This document shows, in pieces, positions 27,772 through 37,778 of a stretch of 64,000 nucleotides of DNA. Below the pieces are notes generated by a model. That model did no database searches. It saw nothing but the letters and a program-made list of their open reading frames with translations, and was not told the origin of the DNA. A program made the translations under genes and the position numbers. Where the stretch lies: positions 28,346 through 92,345 of the forward strand of contig CAZVWU010000001.1 of NCBI GenBank assembly GCA_964631205.1, in the 5' to 3' direction. The stretch's first letter is position 1; the number at the start of each line of letters is the position of its first letter. The DNA comes from an uncultured archaeon. GTDB lineage: Archaea > Aenigmatarchaeota > Aenigmatarchaeia > QMZP01 > JACQNV01.

Positions 27772-28580
27772 ATGTCCCCTTTAACTTTACTCAAATTTTT
27801 TAGCGCATTGAAAACAGCAAATGCAAGGTTGATTCTTGATGCTGTCTGGCCTTCTGAGTTTACCCATACGTCTGTTATGCCTGCGAGCTTAAGGATTTTT
27901 TTGGTCTCTTCGCTTGCAACTATCCCTATCCCTTTTGGCCCTGGATTTAAGGTCACTGTAACAGAACCGTGCTTTGCTGAAACTTTGAAAGGTATTGAGT
28001 GCGTTGTCCCGCAAAAGCATTCCCAGCTTCCACAACCCCTTTTGACTTTTATCACATTCAATTTTGCCTGGTTGACAGACTTCTCTATTGCCTGCCTATG
28101 CTCTTTTGAGGAGGCTTTCCCTATCCCCACAACACCATCCTGGTTACCTATAACAACAAGGGAAGATGAGTTATACCTTCTTCCAGACTTATGCATCCTT
28201 GCAGTTATTCTTGTCGCAGTCCTTTTTATTCCGCCGCCTTTTCCCGGAGTCCCGCCGATGTAAATTATTTCCTGCTTGACTGAAGGTATAAGATAATCTA
28301 TTATTTCCGGCTCGAGGATTAGACGCCCGCTGTCCAGAACCTGCATTATATCAGTATATTTTCCAGCAACTATGTCCTTGCCTAATTGCGTTTTTGGTAT
28401 CCACGTGGTTTCCTTGCCTTTTTCTGATTTTATAATGCCTTTTACACCTTCATCCTTCTTAATCTCCTCCACAGCTGCCGGTATTTCTGCTGCAACCTCC
28501 TCAACCACGTCAGCTGGACGCTGACCGTCGTCCCTTTCCTCATTTTCGAGTTTTTCGTCTGCCATAAAATATGATCGCAA
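27768..28580 (-). CDS. rps5: Ribosomal protein S5 (uS5)
   Basis: The C-terminal domain (KRGCGSWECFCG...GPKGIGIVA) is typical. The N-terminus has an acidic extension. Confidence 0.85.
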   Translation of the reverse strand: MRSYFMADEKLENEERDDGQRPADVVEEVAAEIPAAVEEIKKDEGVKGIIKSEKGKETTWIPKTQLGKDIVAGKYTDIMQVLDSGRLILEPEIIDYLIPSVKQEIIYIGGTPGKGGGIKRTATRITARMHKSGRRYNSSSLVVIGNQDGVVGIGKASSKEHRQAIEKSVNQAKLNVIKVKRGCGSWECFCGTTHSIPFKVSAKHGSVTVTLNPGPKGIGIVASEETKKILKLAGITDVWVNSEGQTASRINLAFAVFNALKNLSKVKGDI

Positions 28581-28670
28581 TTCTCAGTATTAGTATATGT
28601 AATATAAATATAAACCTATGGGGCAAAGGGGAAGAAAGTTTTCCTTTTAGTTTAACAATGATAGCTAAAA

Positions 28671-29279
28671 TCAACTATCAGTCTTATACCGCCTTCTTTT
28701 TGAAATCTCATCCAGCCTTTTCAACACTTCCGGGCTTTTTTCAAAATCTTTCTTATACCCATCAATAATATTTTTCCAGCAAACATCAAGAATTTTTGAA
28801 TGTGTTGAGTTCAATGCCTCATACAAAAGGTACAGGTCTGTTGCATAATCCTCAACTCTTTTTGTAAATTTTCCCAAGCCAAAATCTATAATATACAGCT
28901 GGTTTTCTTTAAGAATAAAATTGGAAGTTGTAAGGTCCCCGTGCATTATCCCGGCTGAATGGACATGGGCAATTATTTCTCCAATTTCTGTTGACAGGTT
29001 TACAAGCTCTTCTTTTTCCAGATCATTGAGAACATCTTTGAGTTTCTTCCCTTCTATATATTCCAGTTTTAAAATAGAGGCTTGTTGTTCTAAAACCAAA
29101 GGGACAGGCAGCCCCGTCCTTCTTGCCTTGTCAAACAAGCTGGCTTCTATTGAAGTCCTTTGTTTCCTTATCGAATTGTCTAGCTCAGGAATCCTGTAGG
29201 ATTTTTTAATCCGTTCTTTAATTACAGAATTTCCTTCAAGGCCGATCACTGCCTCCGCTCCCTTAGCAAGGATTTCCAT
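28671..29279 (-). CDS. bud32: KEOPS kinase Bud32 (RIO-type small Ser/Thr kinase)
   Basis: Contains HGDLTTSNF and IIDFGLG. About 200 aa. Confidence 0.75.
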   Translation of the reverse strand: MEILAKGAEAVIGLEGNSVIKERIKKSYRIPELDNSIRKQRTSIEASLFDKARRTGLPVPLVLEQQASILKLEYIEGKKLKDVLNDLEKEELVNLSTEIGEIIAHVHSAGIMHGDLTTSNFILKENQLYIIDFGLGKFTKRVEDYATDLYLLYEALNSTHSKILDVCWKNIIDGYKKDFEKSPEVLKRLDEISKRRRYKTDS

Positions 29280-29308
29280 AGACTCTATTTAAGAATCAGC
29301 TTAAAAAA

Positions 29309-29914
29309 CTAATACTCAACACCCCTTCTTCCCAAAACCTTGTTCCTTTTCTTATTGAAGGGGTGTTTTATTGAGACGATCTCATTCACATAATCAGCAG
29401 CATCCATTATCTCTTCAGGGCATCCCCTGCCTGTCAAAACAAGCTCAATATTTTTCGGCTTCCCCATCATCAGTTCCAAAACATCATCCACATCCAGATG
29501 CTTCATGCTAAGGACAACATTTATTTCATCGAGTATGACAAAATCAAATCTTCCTGAAGCCATCACCTTTTTTGCAAACTCCAGCCCCTTTTTGTAAAGC
29601 TCTTTCTCATCTTCAAACTCGTAAAAGATCGCTTTTGAAGGCTTTACAATCCCTTTTTTTATCTGGTCCGCATAAGGTGTTGATTGCCCGAACTCAAAAA
29701 ATTTCATCCTCCTCTTCAGGTATTTTTCAGCTGCAAGGATCTCCCCAAAATAATACCCGCCTTTCATGAACTGGATGACGCACACACGGAACCCCTGGCC
29801 GATTGCCCTAAAAGCAAGCCCAAGAGAAGCAGTTGTCTTGCCTTTTCCATTTCCTGTATAGACATGTATCAGGCCAAGCTCGTTTTTAAACTGGGCGTTT
29901 TCTTTTCTGGGCAT
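29309..29914 (-). CDS. cobO: Cob(I)alamin adenosyltransferase (CobA/CobO/BtuR family)
   Basis: P-loop YTGNGKGKTTA. The start is the internal Met MPRKENAQF. The upstream extension in the ORF track is the reverse complement of a palindromic element. Confidence 0.7.
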   Translation of the reverse strand: MPRKENAQFKNELGLIHVYTGNGKGKTTASLGLAFRAIGQGFRVCVIQFMKGGYYFGEILAAEKYLKRRMKFFEFGQSTPYADQIKKGIVKPSKAIFYEFEDEKELYKKGLEFAKKVMASGRFDFVILDEINVVLSMKHLDVDDVLELMMGKPKNIELVLTGRGCPEEIMDAADYVNEIVSIKHPFNKKRNKVLGRRGVEY

Positions 29915-29920
29915 AAACAG

Positions 29921-29966
29921 CTGGAAACCGATCTTATATGATTTGTTAAAGATCGGTTTCGTCCCT
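29921..29966 (+). repeat. Palindromic element family H
   Basis: CTGGAAACCGATC-[17 nt]-GATCGGTTTC-GTCCC. On the minus strand it ends TTTCCAG, 6 nt before the cobO ATG. Confidence 0.6.
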
Positions 29967-30024
29967 CTAAAAAACAAAATATATTTGTTTTCAGGCTAAA
30001 TAAAGATTTTCAAAAAAACCCGGC

Positions 30025-31155
30025 TCACCTTGTGATCTTCAGCCTTTCTATTTCTTCTTTCATTTTTTTTATCCTGGGCTTTTCAAAATGCTTCCTGGCA
30101 GGCTCAAGCAATTTTATTATTGATTCTGCGGCTGCCTTTTTCAGGTCCAGCGGATGCAGCTTCCCTTCTCGAAAAGATTTTTCCAGATCTGAAAAAGACC
30201 AGAAAGTTATGTCGCCGCCGAATTTGGGTGGCCTCTCGACCCTTAAAGAATATTTTTCCCTGGAAAACAAAAGATGCTTGCACCAGTCAAGAACAGGGTT
30301 GAAATCCGTCTCTTTTTCAGGGCAGAATGCGTTTTGCAGCTTTTGCCTGATCTCTTCTGGCGAATCGTGAATGAACACTGCCGATCCGGGAATGCTTTTG
30401 CTCATTTTCATTGATGTCCATATTTCTCGTATGCTTTCCTTTGGGATTGGCCAGACAGGAGGTTTTTGCAACCCCAGAATAAGGTGGTGGTGTATTGCGA
30501 CAGGCTTGTATCTCTCCCCTTCTTTAGCTAACGGGTTTATCTTTAATTTTTCTGCGACCTCCCTTGCAATAACATGGGCTTTCCTTTGGTCTGTCCCTGC
30601 ATGAGCAAGATTAATCCCCATTGCAAAAATGTCAGCGACCTGCATTGGCGGATAAATAAGCTTGGCGAAATCAATTGATTCCTCCTGCTTTCTGGCCATG
30701 ATATCTATGCTTCTGAGGTTTCTGTTAAGGGTGATATTTTTTGAGACATCTATGACGGTAGCCCAGTAGTCATCATTATTGTGGTACAAATCTGTGCCGA
30801 GAACAAATTTCACTTTCTCCTGATCCCCTCCCATAATTTCCAGGCTAATCTTCATGCCTTCCTTGAAGTAAGCCCCTGCTATATTTTTTATTACTTCCCT
30901 GTTCCCACCAAGTTTGTCATTTATCCAGGAATGCCAGTCCGCAAGGAAGATCCTTGCAGTGGCCCCTGCTTTTTGAAAATCAGCTATTTTTTTGCCATTC
31001 ATCAGGCCAGTCCCCAAATGTATCAGGCCAGATATCTCAAATCCTACATAATGCTCTAGTTTTATCGCTGTTTCAAGCATCCATTTGAGATCCTGCTCTG
31101 TTAAAACTTCTTCAGTATTTCTGATTATCAGGTCAAGCTTTTTCTCAGAATCCAT
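30025..31155 (-). CDS. tyrS: Tyrosyl-tRNA synthetase (archaeal type)
   Basis: Blocks match archaeal TyrRS: IRNTEEVLTEQDL, GFEISGLIHLG, YPPMQVADI, KMSKS, and RPPKFGGDITF...KLHPLDLK. The start is the internal Met MDSEKK. Confidence 0.85.
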   Translation of the reverse strand: MDSEKKLDLIIRNTEEVLTEQDLKWMLETAIKLEHYVGFEISGLIHLGTGLMNGKKIADFQKAGATARIFLADWHSWINDKLGGNREVIKNIAGAYFKEGMKISLEIMGGDQEKVKFVLGTDLYHNNDDYWATVIDVSKNITLNRNLRSIDIMARKQEESIDFAKLIYPPMQVADIFAMGINLAHAGTDQRKAHVIAREVAEKLKINPLAKEGERYKPVAIHHHLILGLQKPPVWPIPKESIREIWTSMKMSKSIPGSAVFIHDSPEEIRQKLQNAFCPEKETDFNPVLDWCKHLLFSREKYSLRVERPPKFGGDITFWSFSDLEKSFREGKLHPLDLKKAAAESIIKLLEPARKHFEKPRIKKMKEEIERLKITR

Positions 31156-31204
31156 ATATACTCTTTCTTTTAAGATATTAAAATACGCGTCCCGAATATT
31201 ACCA

Positions 31205-32452
31205 ATGATCGAAATCACAACATTAGGGGCTGGGCACGAAATAGGGCGTTCAGCTTTCTTTGTTGACACCGGAGTTGAGAAATTCCTTTTGGATTACGGG
31301 CTCAACAGCCAGACATTCCAAGCTCCATTACAACCTCCTTTAAATCTGGATGCTGTTTTTATTTCCCATGCGCACCTTGACCATTGCGGGATGGCGCCTC
31401 AGCTTTACAAACAAGGCTACCTGAAAAAAGTTTTTGCAACCAAAACAACCATCGAATTGTCTGGTTTATTGCTGAAGGATTCCTTAAAAATCCAGAACAG
31501 GAGAGGACTTGAGCCTTTTTATCTGGGGCATGATATTGAAAAGATGGGTCATAACTCCGAGCCTGTCGAATTTGATGAGCAGCTTTTGTTCAGCAAGACT
31601 TCTGTGACTTTCAAGGATGCCGGCCACATACCAGGGTCTGCTGCAATATTGATGGATTCTGGAAAAACAAGGCTCCTTTACACAGGCGACATAAAGTATA
31701 TAGAGACAGCCCTCATGAACGCGGCTTACAAAAATTATAAGGATGTGGATGCGATGATAGTTGAGTCTACATATTCCTACCAGAACCATCCTGATAGGGC
31801 CAAGCTGGTTGAAAACTTAAGGGAGAAGGTGAAGGAGACCGTTGAAAAGGACGGAATTGTGCTGCTTCCGAGTTTTGCGATTGGCAGGACCCAGGAGATG
31901 CTGCTGCTTTTGCATGATTTGAATATACCTATTTATCTGGATGGGATGGGGATAGATGCAACAAGGATAATTCTGGACAACCCAGATTCCATAAGGGAGC
32001 CGGAAAAATTAAAGAAAGCCTTCGGAAAAGCGCACAAAGTCGAGTCTTTCCGTGATAGGAAAAAAATACTGAATGAAAACTGCATAGTCATTGCTTCTGC
32101 AGGCATGCTTCAGGGCGGGCCTATGCATTATTACCTGAAAAAGCTTTACAAAAAGGAAAACTGCGTTTTGATTTTTAATGGCTTCCAGCCACAAGGGACT
32201 ACTGGAAGAAGCCTGCTAGAGAAGCACAGGATAATTTCTGATGGGTCGGAAGTTGAAGTGAAAATGGAGCTCCAGTTCATGGATTTTTCAGCGCATATAG
32301 GCCGCGACAATTTATTCAAATTCATAGAGCACGCAAATCCCAAAAAAGTCATTCCAGTTCATGGGGAATTTGTGCCTGAATTTGCCGCAGAGCTAAAGGA
32401 CAAAGGGTTTGATGCTGTAGGGCCGAAGAACGGGGACGTAATAAAGATTTAA
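31205..32452 (+). CDS. Metallo-beta-lactamase / beta-CASP ribonuclease (aCPSF2/RNase J-like)
   Basis: HxHxDH motif (SHAHLDHCG) with a beta-CASP region. It starts at MIEITTLGAGHEIGRS. Confidence 0.7.
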   Translation: MIEITTLGAGHEIGRSAFFVDTGVEKFLLDYGLNSQTFQAPLQPPLNLDAVFISHAHLDHCGMAPQLYKQGYLKKVFATKTTIELSGLLLKDSLKIQNRRGLEPFYLGHDIEKMGHNSEPVEFDEQLLFSKTSVTFKDAGHIPGSAAILMDSGKTRLLYTGDIKYIETALMNAAYKNYKDVDAMIVESTYSYQNHPDRAKLVENLREKVKETVEKDGIVLLPSFAIGRTQEMLLLLHDLNIPIYLDGMGIDATRIILDNPDSIREPEKLKKAFGKAHKVESFRDRKKILNENCIVIASAGMLQGGPMHYYLKKLYKKENCVLIFNGFQPQGTTGRSLLEKHRIISDGSEVEVKMELQFMDFSAHIGRDNLFKFIEHANPKKVIPVHGEFVPEFAAELKDKGFDAVGPKNGDVIKI

Positions 32453-32880
32453 TCCGATGATCTCAGTTTTTTAACAAGGTTTTCTATTTCTTCCTCTCCT
32501 ATCTGTTTCCTATCCGCTGAGTCTAATAATATTTTTTTGTAAAATTCCTTGTCATCAATATCATATTTTATTCGTGGTGAAACATGCAGATGCAAATGGC
32601 CAATACTCTGGCCGGCTTCTCTTCCGTCTTGAATAATCAAATTAAAGGCAGTTGACTTAAAGGCGTTTGTTAGAATATTGTACACGTTTTTCACAGAATT
32701 GAACATATCTACTATCTCTTCTTCTGTCAGCTCGACAAATTTCTCAACATGCCTTTTTGGAATGATTAAAACATGCCCTGGAACAACGGGCTTTATATCG
32801 ATCATAGCGATGCTCTTCTCATTTTGATAAAAAGATTCTTTCTTCCTGACGTCCGGATCGCAGAAAACACATGCTTTCAT
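32449..32880 (-). CDS. HIT-family hydrolase
   Basis: Histidine triad GHLHLHV. Confidence 0.75.
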   Translation of the reverse strand: MKACVFCDPDVRKKESFYQNEKSIAMIDIKPVVPGHVLIIPKRHVEKFVELTEEEIVDMFNSVKNVYNILTNAFKSTAFNLIIQDGREAGQSIGHLHLHVSPRIKYDIDDKEFYKKILLDSADRKQIGEEEIENLVKKLRSSD

Positions 32881-32907
32881 ATAGCTGATATTGTTTAATA
32901 CTTATTT

Positions 32908-33921
32908 ATGATCGAAATCGACGGTTCCCAAGGCGAAGGCGGCGGCCAGATTTTAAGGACGGCCATAGGGTTGTCTGCTGTAACAGGCAAGCATGTGAAA
33001 ATTTTCAACATCAGAAAAGGCAGGCCTAATCCAGGGCTCCAGGCACAGCATTTGGTTGGGATAAAGGCTGTTTCTGAAATCTGCGATGGAAAATTAAATG
33101 GAGCAGATCTCAGATCAACTGAAGTTGAGTTTACTCCGGGAAAAATTAAAGGCGGGGATTATAAATTTGATGTCGGGACAGCGGGTGCTGTTACTCTTGT
33201 TCTGCAGAGCCTCACTATTCCTGCAATCCATGCGGACAAAGAAATTAATTTTGAGATAATTGGAGGCACGCATGTGAGCTGGTCTCCTACTTTTGATTAT
33301 TTCCAGCATATTTTTTGCGGATGGCTTAAAACTTTAGGTATCCAGATAGAAGCGGGAATTTTAAAATATGGGTTTTATCCTAAAGGCGGTGGAAGAGTAA
33401 AAGTTTCTATTCAGCCAGCAGCACCAAAAAATTTACAGTTAACTGAAAGAGGAGATTATTTGAGAACTGATATTTTTTCAAATGCTTCAAGGGAACTTCA
33501 AAAAAATAAAGTTGTGGAGAGGCAGATAGAAGGGGCTGAAAAAATAATAAAAACAACTAATAAAATGGAAGCATATGTCGACTCTCTGTCAACTGGAACA
33601 GCTGTCCATATGCACTCACATTATAAAAATTGCCAATTAGGCTCTTCTGTAATTGGCGAAAGAAATAAATCCGCAGAAAAAGTTGGGGAGGAAGCAGCAG
33701 AGAAATTAAAAAAGCAGATGGATTCCGGAGCGACCATGGACGAATGGATGTCCGACCAAATCCTCCCTTTTCTGGCTCTTGCAAAAGGAAAGTCTGAATT
33801 TATAACCTCTGTGCTGACGAAGCACGCAGAAACAAATATCTGGGTAATAAAGAAATTTTTGGATGTGGAGTTCAACGTGGACTGCTTGGAGAAAGGGGTA
33901 AAGATAAGTTGTCGAAGTTAA
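32908..33921 (+). CDS. rtcA: RNA 3'-terminal phosphate cyclase (RtcA)
   Basis: N-terminus IDGSQGEGGGQILRTAIGLSAV, about 340 aa. Confidence 0.85.
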   Translation: MIEIDGSQGEGGGQILRTAIGLSAVTGKHVKIFNIRKGRPNPGLQAQHLVGIKAVSEICDGKLNGADLRSTEVEFTPGKIKGGDYKFDVGTAGAVTLVLQSLTIPAIHADKEINFEIIGGTHVSWSPTFDYFQHIFCGWLKTLGIQIEAGILKYGFYPKGGGRVKVSIQPAAPKNLQLTERGDYLRTDIFSNASRELQKNKVVERQIEGAEKIIKTTNKMEAYVDSLSTGTAVHMHSHYKNCQLGSSVIGERNKSAEKVGEEAAEKLKKQMDSGATMDEWMSDQILPFLALAKGKSEFITSVLTKHAETNIWVIKKFLDVEFNVDCLEKGVKISCRS

Positions 33922-33959
33922 AAAGATTAGCTTTATAAATAATATTGCGAATTAATTTT

Positions 33960-34481
33960 ATGGAACAAGTAATATTAGTTGACGAGAGAGATAATGAAAT
34001 CGGATTAGGCGAGAAGATGCAGACCCATAAGGAAGGAAAACTCCACAGGGCTTTTTCTGTATTTGTTTTCAATTCAAAGGGTGAGACACTGCTCCAGAAA
34101 AGGGCAGCCACTAAATATCATGGCGGTGGTCTTTGGTCTAACACTTGCTGCTCACATCCTAGAAAAGGCGAAACTCCAGAAGTAGCTGCAAAGAGGAGGC
34201 TTCAGGAAGAGATGGGCTTTGTTTGTGATTTAAAGACGCTTTATTGGTTTATTTACAAAACAGACGTGAGCAATGATCTGATAGAGCATGAATTAGATCA
34301 TGTAATTGTAGGCAAGTTTGATGAACAACCAAAAATAAATTCCGAAGAAGTAGCTGACTGGAAATGGGTTAGTTTAGAAGAGCTTAAAAAAGATATGGAA
34401 AATAAACCAGAACAATATACATTCTGGTTCAAAAAGGTCATGGAAAGGGTAGGATTTGATATTAAAAAGCTACAAGCCTAA
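33960..34481 (+). CDS. idi: Isopentenyl-diphosphate delta-isomerase, type 1 (Nudix)
   Basis: Motifs LHRAFSVFVFN...LLQKRA...WSNTCCSHP...EMGF. Confidence 0.7.
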   Translation: MEQVILVDERDNEIGLGEKMQTHKEGKLHRAFSVFVFNSKGETLLQKRAATKYHGGGLWSNTCCSHPRKGETPEVAAKRRLQEEMGFVCDLKTLYWFIYKTDVSNDLIEHELDHVIVGKFDEQPKINSEEVADWKWVSLEELKKDMENKPEQYTFWFKKVMERVGFDIKKLQA

Positions 34482-34889
34482 GTTATTTAAAACTTTTTCC
34501 TTCTCTTGGTCTGTCACCCACTTGAAAATATCTTTTTCAAAAACCTGCACTTTTTTATAGAGTTCGTCTTCCAGACCCCTTGGTAGCAAGTGTACATGCA
34601 GGTGGTTCACTTTCAAATCACTTTCCTCCAAAAATGACCTATGGTGTTGTTTTATATCGCAGCCTCGGGAAATTCTAGACAATATTTTTTCTTCAAACTC
34701 TATTATTGTATCGAACAATTCCTTTTTCTCGTCTTCTTTTAATTCAGACAATTTTTCAACATGCCGCCTTGGGATGACCAGCAAGTGGCCTGCCATTAAT
34801 CTGGGATTGCTGAGCATGACAAAAACTTTTTGTTTTTCCTTTAAAATTATATTCCTTTTAGGGTCAAGATTGCAAAAAGCACAACTCAT
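34470..34889 (-). CDS. HIT-family hydrolase (second paralog)
   Basis: HVHLLP triad. It is related to 32449..32880. Confidence 0.7.
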   Translation of the reverse strand: MSCAFCNLDPKRNIILKEKQKVFVMLSNPRLMAGHLLVIPRRHVEKLSELKEDEKKELFDTIIEFEEKILSRISRGCDIKQHHRSFLEESDLKVNHLHVHLLPRGLEDELYKKVQVFEKDIFKWVTDQEKEKVLNNLGL

Positions 34890-35989
34890 AAGTGTATTTC
34901 AACTATGTCCTTATCCTTTAATTTATAACCACTTCCCAAATTTTGGCCGGAAAACTTTGCAGAACCCCACACCCTTGCATACTTCAAATCCCCATCCCAG
35001 CCCCTGATGATTTTGTTGGCAACATCAGCCACTGTAGCTTCTTTCTTCATTATGAACGGCTGCTTTAAATCTGGCTCTTTGCCTATTTGTTTTGTGTAAA
35101 CCCTTATCAGGCCGAGTTTTTTCCAAATTTTTTCTTTCATTTCCTCTAAACCTGTTTTTTGCTGAGCTGATATTAAAACAGAATCTTTTATCGATTTTTT
35201 TATTTCTTCTAATCTTTTTTTATCAACAGTATCAGATTTTGTAATTACAGGGAGAGAAGGCACATAAACCCTGTTGGTTTTGATCGAGTCTATAAACCTG
35301 TCTATGTCAGGATCCTCTTTTAGAAGAACATCTGCATTAAGAATCTTGGACTCTTGAAGGATCGATTTGATAATATTTTCATTTATGTTTTTTAATTTGA
35401 CAGTTGAGCCTACACTTATCCCGCCAAAAGATTTTTTTGTTATTTTTATTTCCGGGGGCTCCTTGTCCAGCCTGAAATTTGAATCATATAATTCCTTTTT
35501 TATTATTTCCAATTCCTTCTCGGCTCTTGCTGCAGAGGCTACAAGAAGCACCAAGTCTGCGTTCCTTGCGACTGCCAAAACTTCTTTGCCCCTGCCGGCG
35601 CCGGAACTGGCGCCTTCTATTACCCCAGGAAGATCCAAAACCTGTATGTGCGCATTATTATATTCCAGCACTCCCGGGATGACAGTCAATGTTGTAAAAT
35701 CGTAAGCCGCAACCTTCGAATTCGCATTTGTTATGGAATTAAGAAGCGTGCTTTTGCCGACAGAAGGAAACCCAACCATAAGGACGGTTGAGTCGCCGGA
35801 TTTTTTCAGTCCATAACCATAGCCTTGTGCGCCACTGGAAGACTGCTGTTTCTCCCTTAGGGTTGCAAGCTTAGCTTTCAATTTCCCTATATGGCCCTGA
35901 GTATGCTTGTTGTATTTTGTTTTGGAAAGCTCTTCCTCAATTCTTTTGATTTCCGAAGCAGGACCACTAACCTTTTCTTCTACGGGCAT
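34886..35989 (-). CDS. Developmentally regulated GTP-binding protein (DRG/Rbg1-like, Obg family plus TGS)
   Basis: Contains GFPSVGKSTLLN and DLPG, with a C-terminal TGS domain. Confidence 0.8.
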   Translation of the reverse strand: MPVEEKVSGPASEIKRIEEELSKTKYNKHTQGHIGKLKAKLATLREKQQSSSGAQGYGYGLKKSGDSTVLMVGFPSVGKSTLLNSITNANSKVAAYDFTTLTVIPGVLEYNNAHIQVLDLPGVIEGASSGAGRGKEVLAVARNADLVLLVASAARAEKELEIIKKELYDSNFRLDKEPPEIKITKKSFGGISVGSTVKLKNINENIIKSILQESKILNADVLLKEDPDIDRFIDSIKTNRVYVPSLPVITKSDTVDKKRLEEIKKSIKDSVLISAQQKTGLEEMKEKIWKKLGLIRVYTKQIGKEPDLKQPFIMKKEATVADVANKIIRGWDGDLKYARVWGSAKFSGQNLGSGYKLKDKDIVEIHL

Positions 35990-36413
35990 ATTAGAAATTA
36001 GTTTTTTAAGTATTAATTAAAACAAAAAAGAAGCTTCAGGAAAAAATTTACCAAGTTTCTATATCCTCTTCCCCATCTTCCGATTCTCCTGTTTCAAAAT
36101 CCTCTTCTTCCTCAACTTCAGATCTTTTCTTTGGCATATCAACAATTTGTACCAAAACTTATAATCTTTCTTGGTTATTACTTCTCTTTTTAAGAAAAGT
36201 GTATGCTATTCTTCGCTCTCTTCTTCGTCGCCTTCCTCTTCGTTGTCCTCTGCCGTGTCATCCTCCTCTTCTTCAAACTTCAGGAATTCTTCTTGCATAT
36301 GCACCTCCAATTTTCAGCCAATTGGCTGCCATCAAAACTGTTTATTAGATAGAGTAACATCTTTAAATACTTTTCTATATCACCTTTTATTGTAAATAAA
36401 AAACCAAAGATTT

Positions 36414-37400
36414 ATGAAAAAAATATCCGCCGATGCTAAACAAAGCATTTTTAAAAAATCAGACGAAATTGCCGGGACAGAAATAAATGGGCATGATTTT
36501 AATGCCGGAACTGATTTGAAAAAAATTCTGGAAAGTTACAAAACATCCGGATTTCAGGCAACCCATTTGCATAAGGCAATCGGGATAATAAAAAAAATGA
36601 GAAAAGAAAATGTGCGGATTTTTCTTGGGTACACGTCAAATATGGTGAGCTCTGGTGTCAGGGAATCAATAAGATATTTGGTTGAGCACAAGCTTGTTGA
36701 TGTTCTGGTGACAACAGCTGGCGGAGTAGAAGAAGATATAATAAAGACTTTCAAGCCCTTTTTGCTTGGAGATTTTAGGGCAGACGGCGCCGAACTGAGG
36801 GAAAAAGGGATAAACAGGATAGGGAACATTTTTGTCCCTAATGACAGATACATCGAATTTGAAAAATTCTTCCAGCCTATTTTAAAGGAACTCCTACAAA
36901 AGCAAAAAAGAAGCGGTGAAATTATATCGCCTTCAGAAATTATAGATATTCTAGGAAGCAAGACAAGCGATAAAAATTCGATCTATTACTGGGCTCATCA
37001 AAAGAAAATCCCTGTTTTCTGTCCGGCATTAATGGACGGTGCTATAGGCGATAATGTTTATTTTTTCAACTTTGAAAAAAACCAGGAATTGAAAATTGAT
37101 ATGGCAAAAGATCACCATAAACTGATAGAATTGGTAATGGAAGCTGAGGATACCGGAATAATCATATTAGGTTCAGGCGTAGTAAAACATACGATCTGCA
37201 ATGCTAATATGTTCAGGGAGGGTGCAAAATACGCAGTTTATATTAACACAGCGCCTGAATATGACGGCTCAGATTCTGGTGCAGAACCAGACGAAGCTAA
37301 ATCCTGGGGAAAAATACAGGCAAGAGGGGAGACTGTAAAAGTTTTCGGCGACGCAACAATAATTTTCCCTCTTGTTGTTGCCGGTAGTTTTGTAGATTAA
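36414..37400 (+). CDS. dys: Deoxyhypusine synthase
   Basis: 328 aa with the DHS core (VDVLVTTAGGVEEDIIK, GSGVVKH). Confidence 0.85.
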   Translation: MKKISADAKQSIFKKSDEIAGTEINGHDFNAGTDLKKILESYKTSGFQATHLHKAIGIIKKMRKENVRIFLGYTSNMVSSGVRESIRYLVEHKLVDVLVTTAGGVEEDIIKTFKPFLLGDFRADGAELREKGINRIGNIFVPNDRYIEFEKFFQPILKELLQKQKRSGEIISPSEIIDILGSKTSDKNSIYYWAHQKKIPVFCPALMDGAIGDNVYFFNFEKNQELKIDMAKDHHKLIELVMEAEDTGIIILGSGVVKHTICNANMFREGAKYAVYINTAPEYDGSDSGAEPDEAKSWGKIQARGETVKVFGDATIIFPLVVAGSFVD

Positions 37401-37406
37401 ATTGAT

Positions 37407-37732
37407 ATGAATGATGTTATCATAAGAAAAGGAAAAATGTTCGGAAAAGGGTTTTTGCCGATAGGGATTTCCAAAAAGGCGAAATTGTGATAAAATATAA
37501 TCTCAAACCTTTGGCAAAAGAAGAATTTGATAATCTCCCTGAAAAAGAAAAGAATTTTACCCATACACATTGGGGTGTAATTTATCTTTATTCTTCTCCT
37601 GAAAGATATGTAAATCACTCTTCTAATCCAAATACAAAACAGGACTTAAAAAATAAATGTGATATTGCAATAAGAGATATAAAAAAAGCAGAAGAAATAA
37701 CAACAGATGCGACAAAAGATGACACCGCCTGA
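37407..37732 (+). pseudogene. SET-domain protein gene interrupted by a frameshift at a G3/T5 homopolymer run
   Basis: Frame A reads MNDVIIRKGKMFGKG and stops soon after. Frame B then continues VFADRDFQKGEIVIKYN...ERYVNHSSNPNT..., which carries the SET hallmarks (GxG, NHS.NPN). Frame B has no start codon upstream. Confidence 0.5.
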
Positions 37733-37778
37733 CTACAATCATTTGTTTAGAAATTCAAGAATTAAAAATAATTTTGAT

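Noticed and set aside
36171-36395. 74-aa Ser-rich ORF
   Set aside because: It is the mirror frame of acidic GAA/GAG repeats on the other strand and is pure low-complexity.
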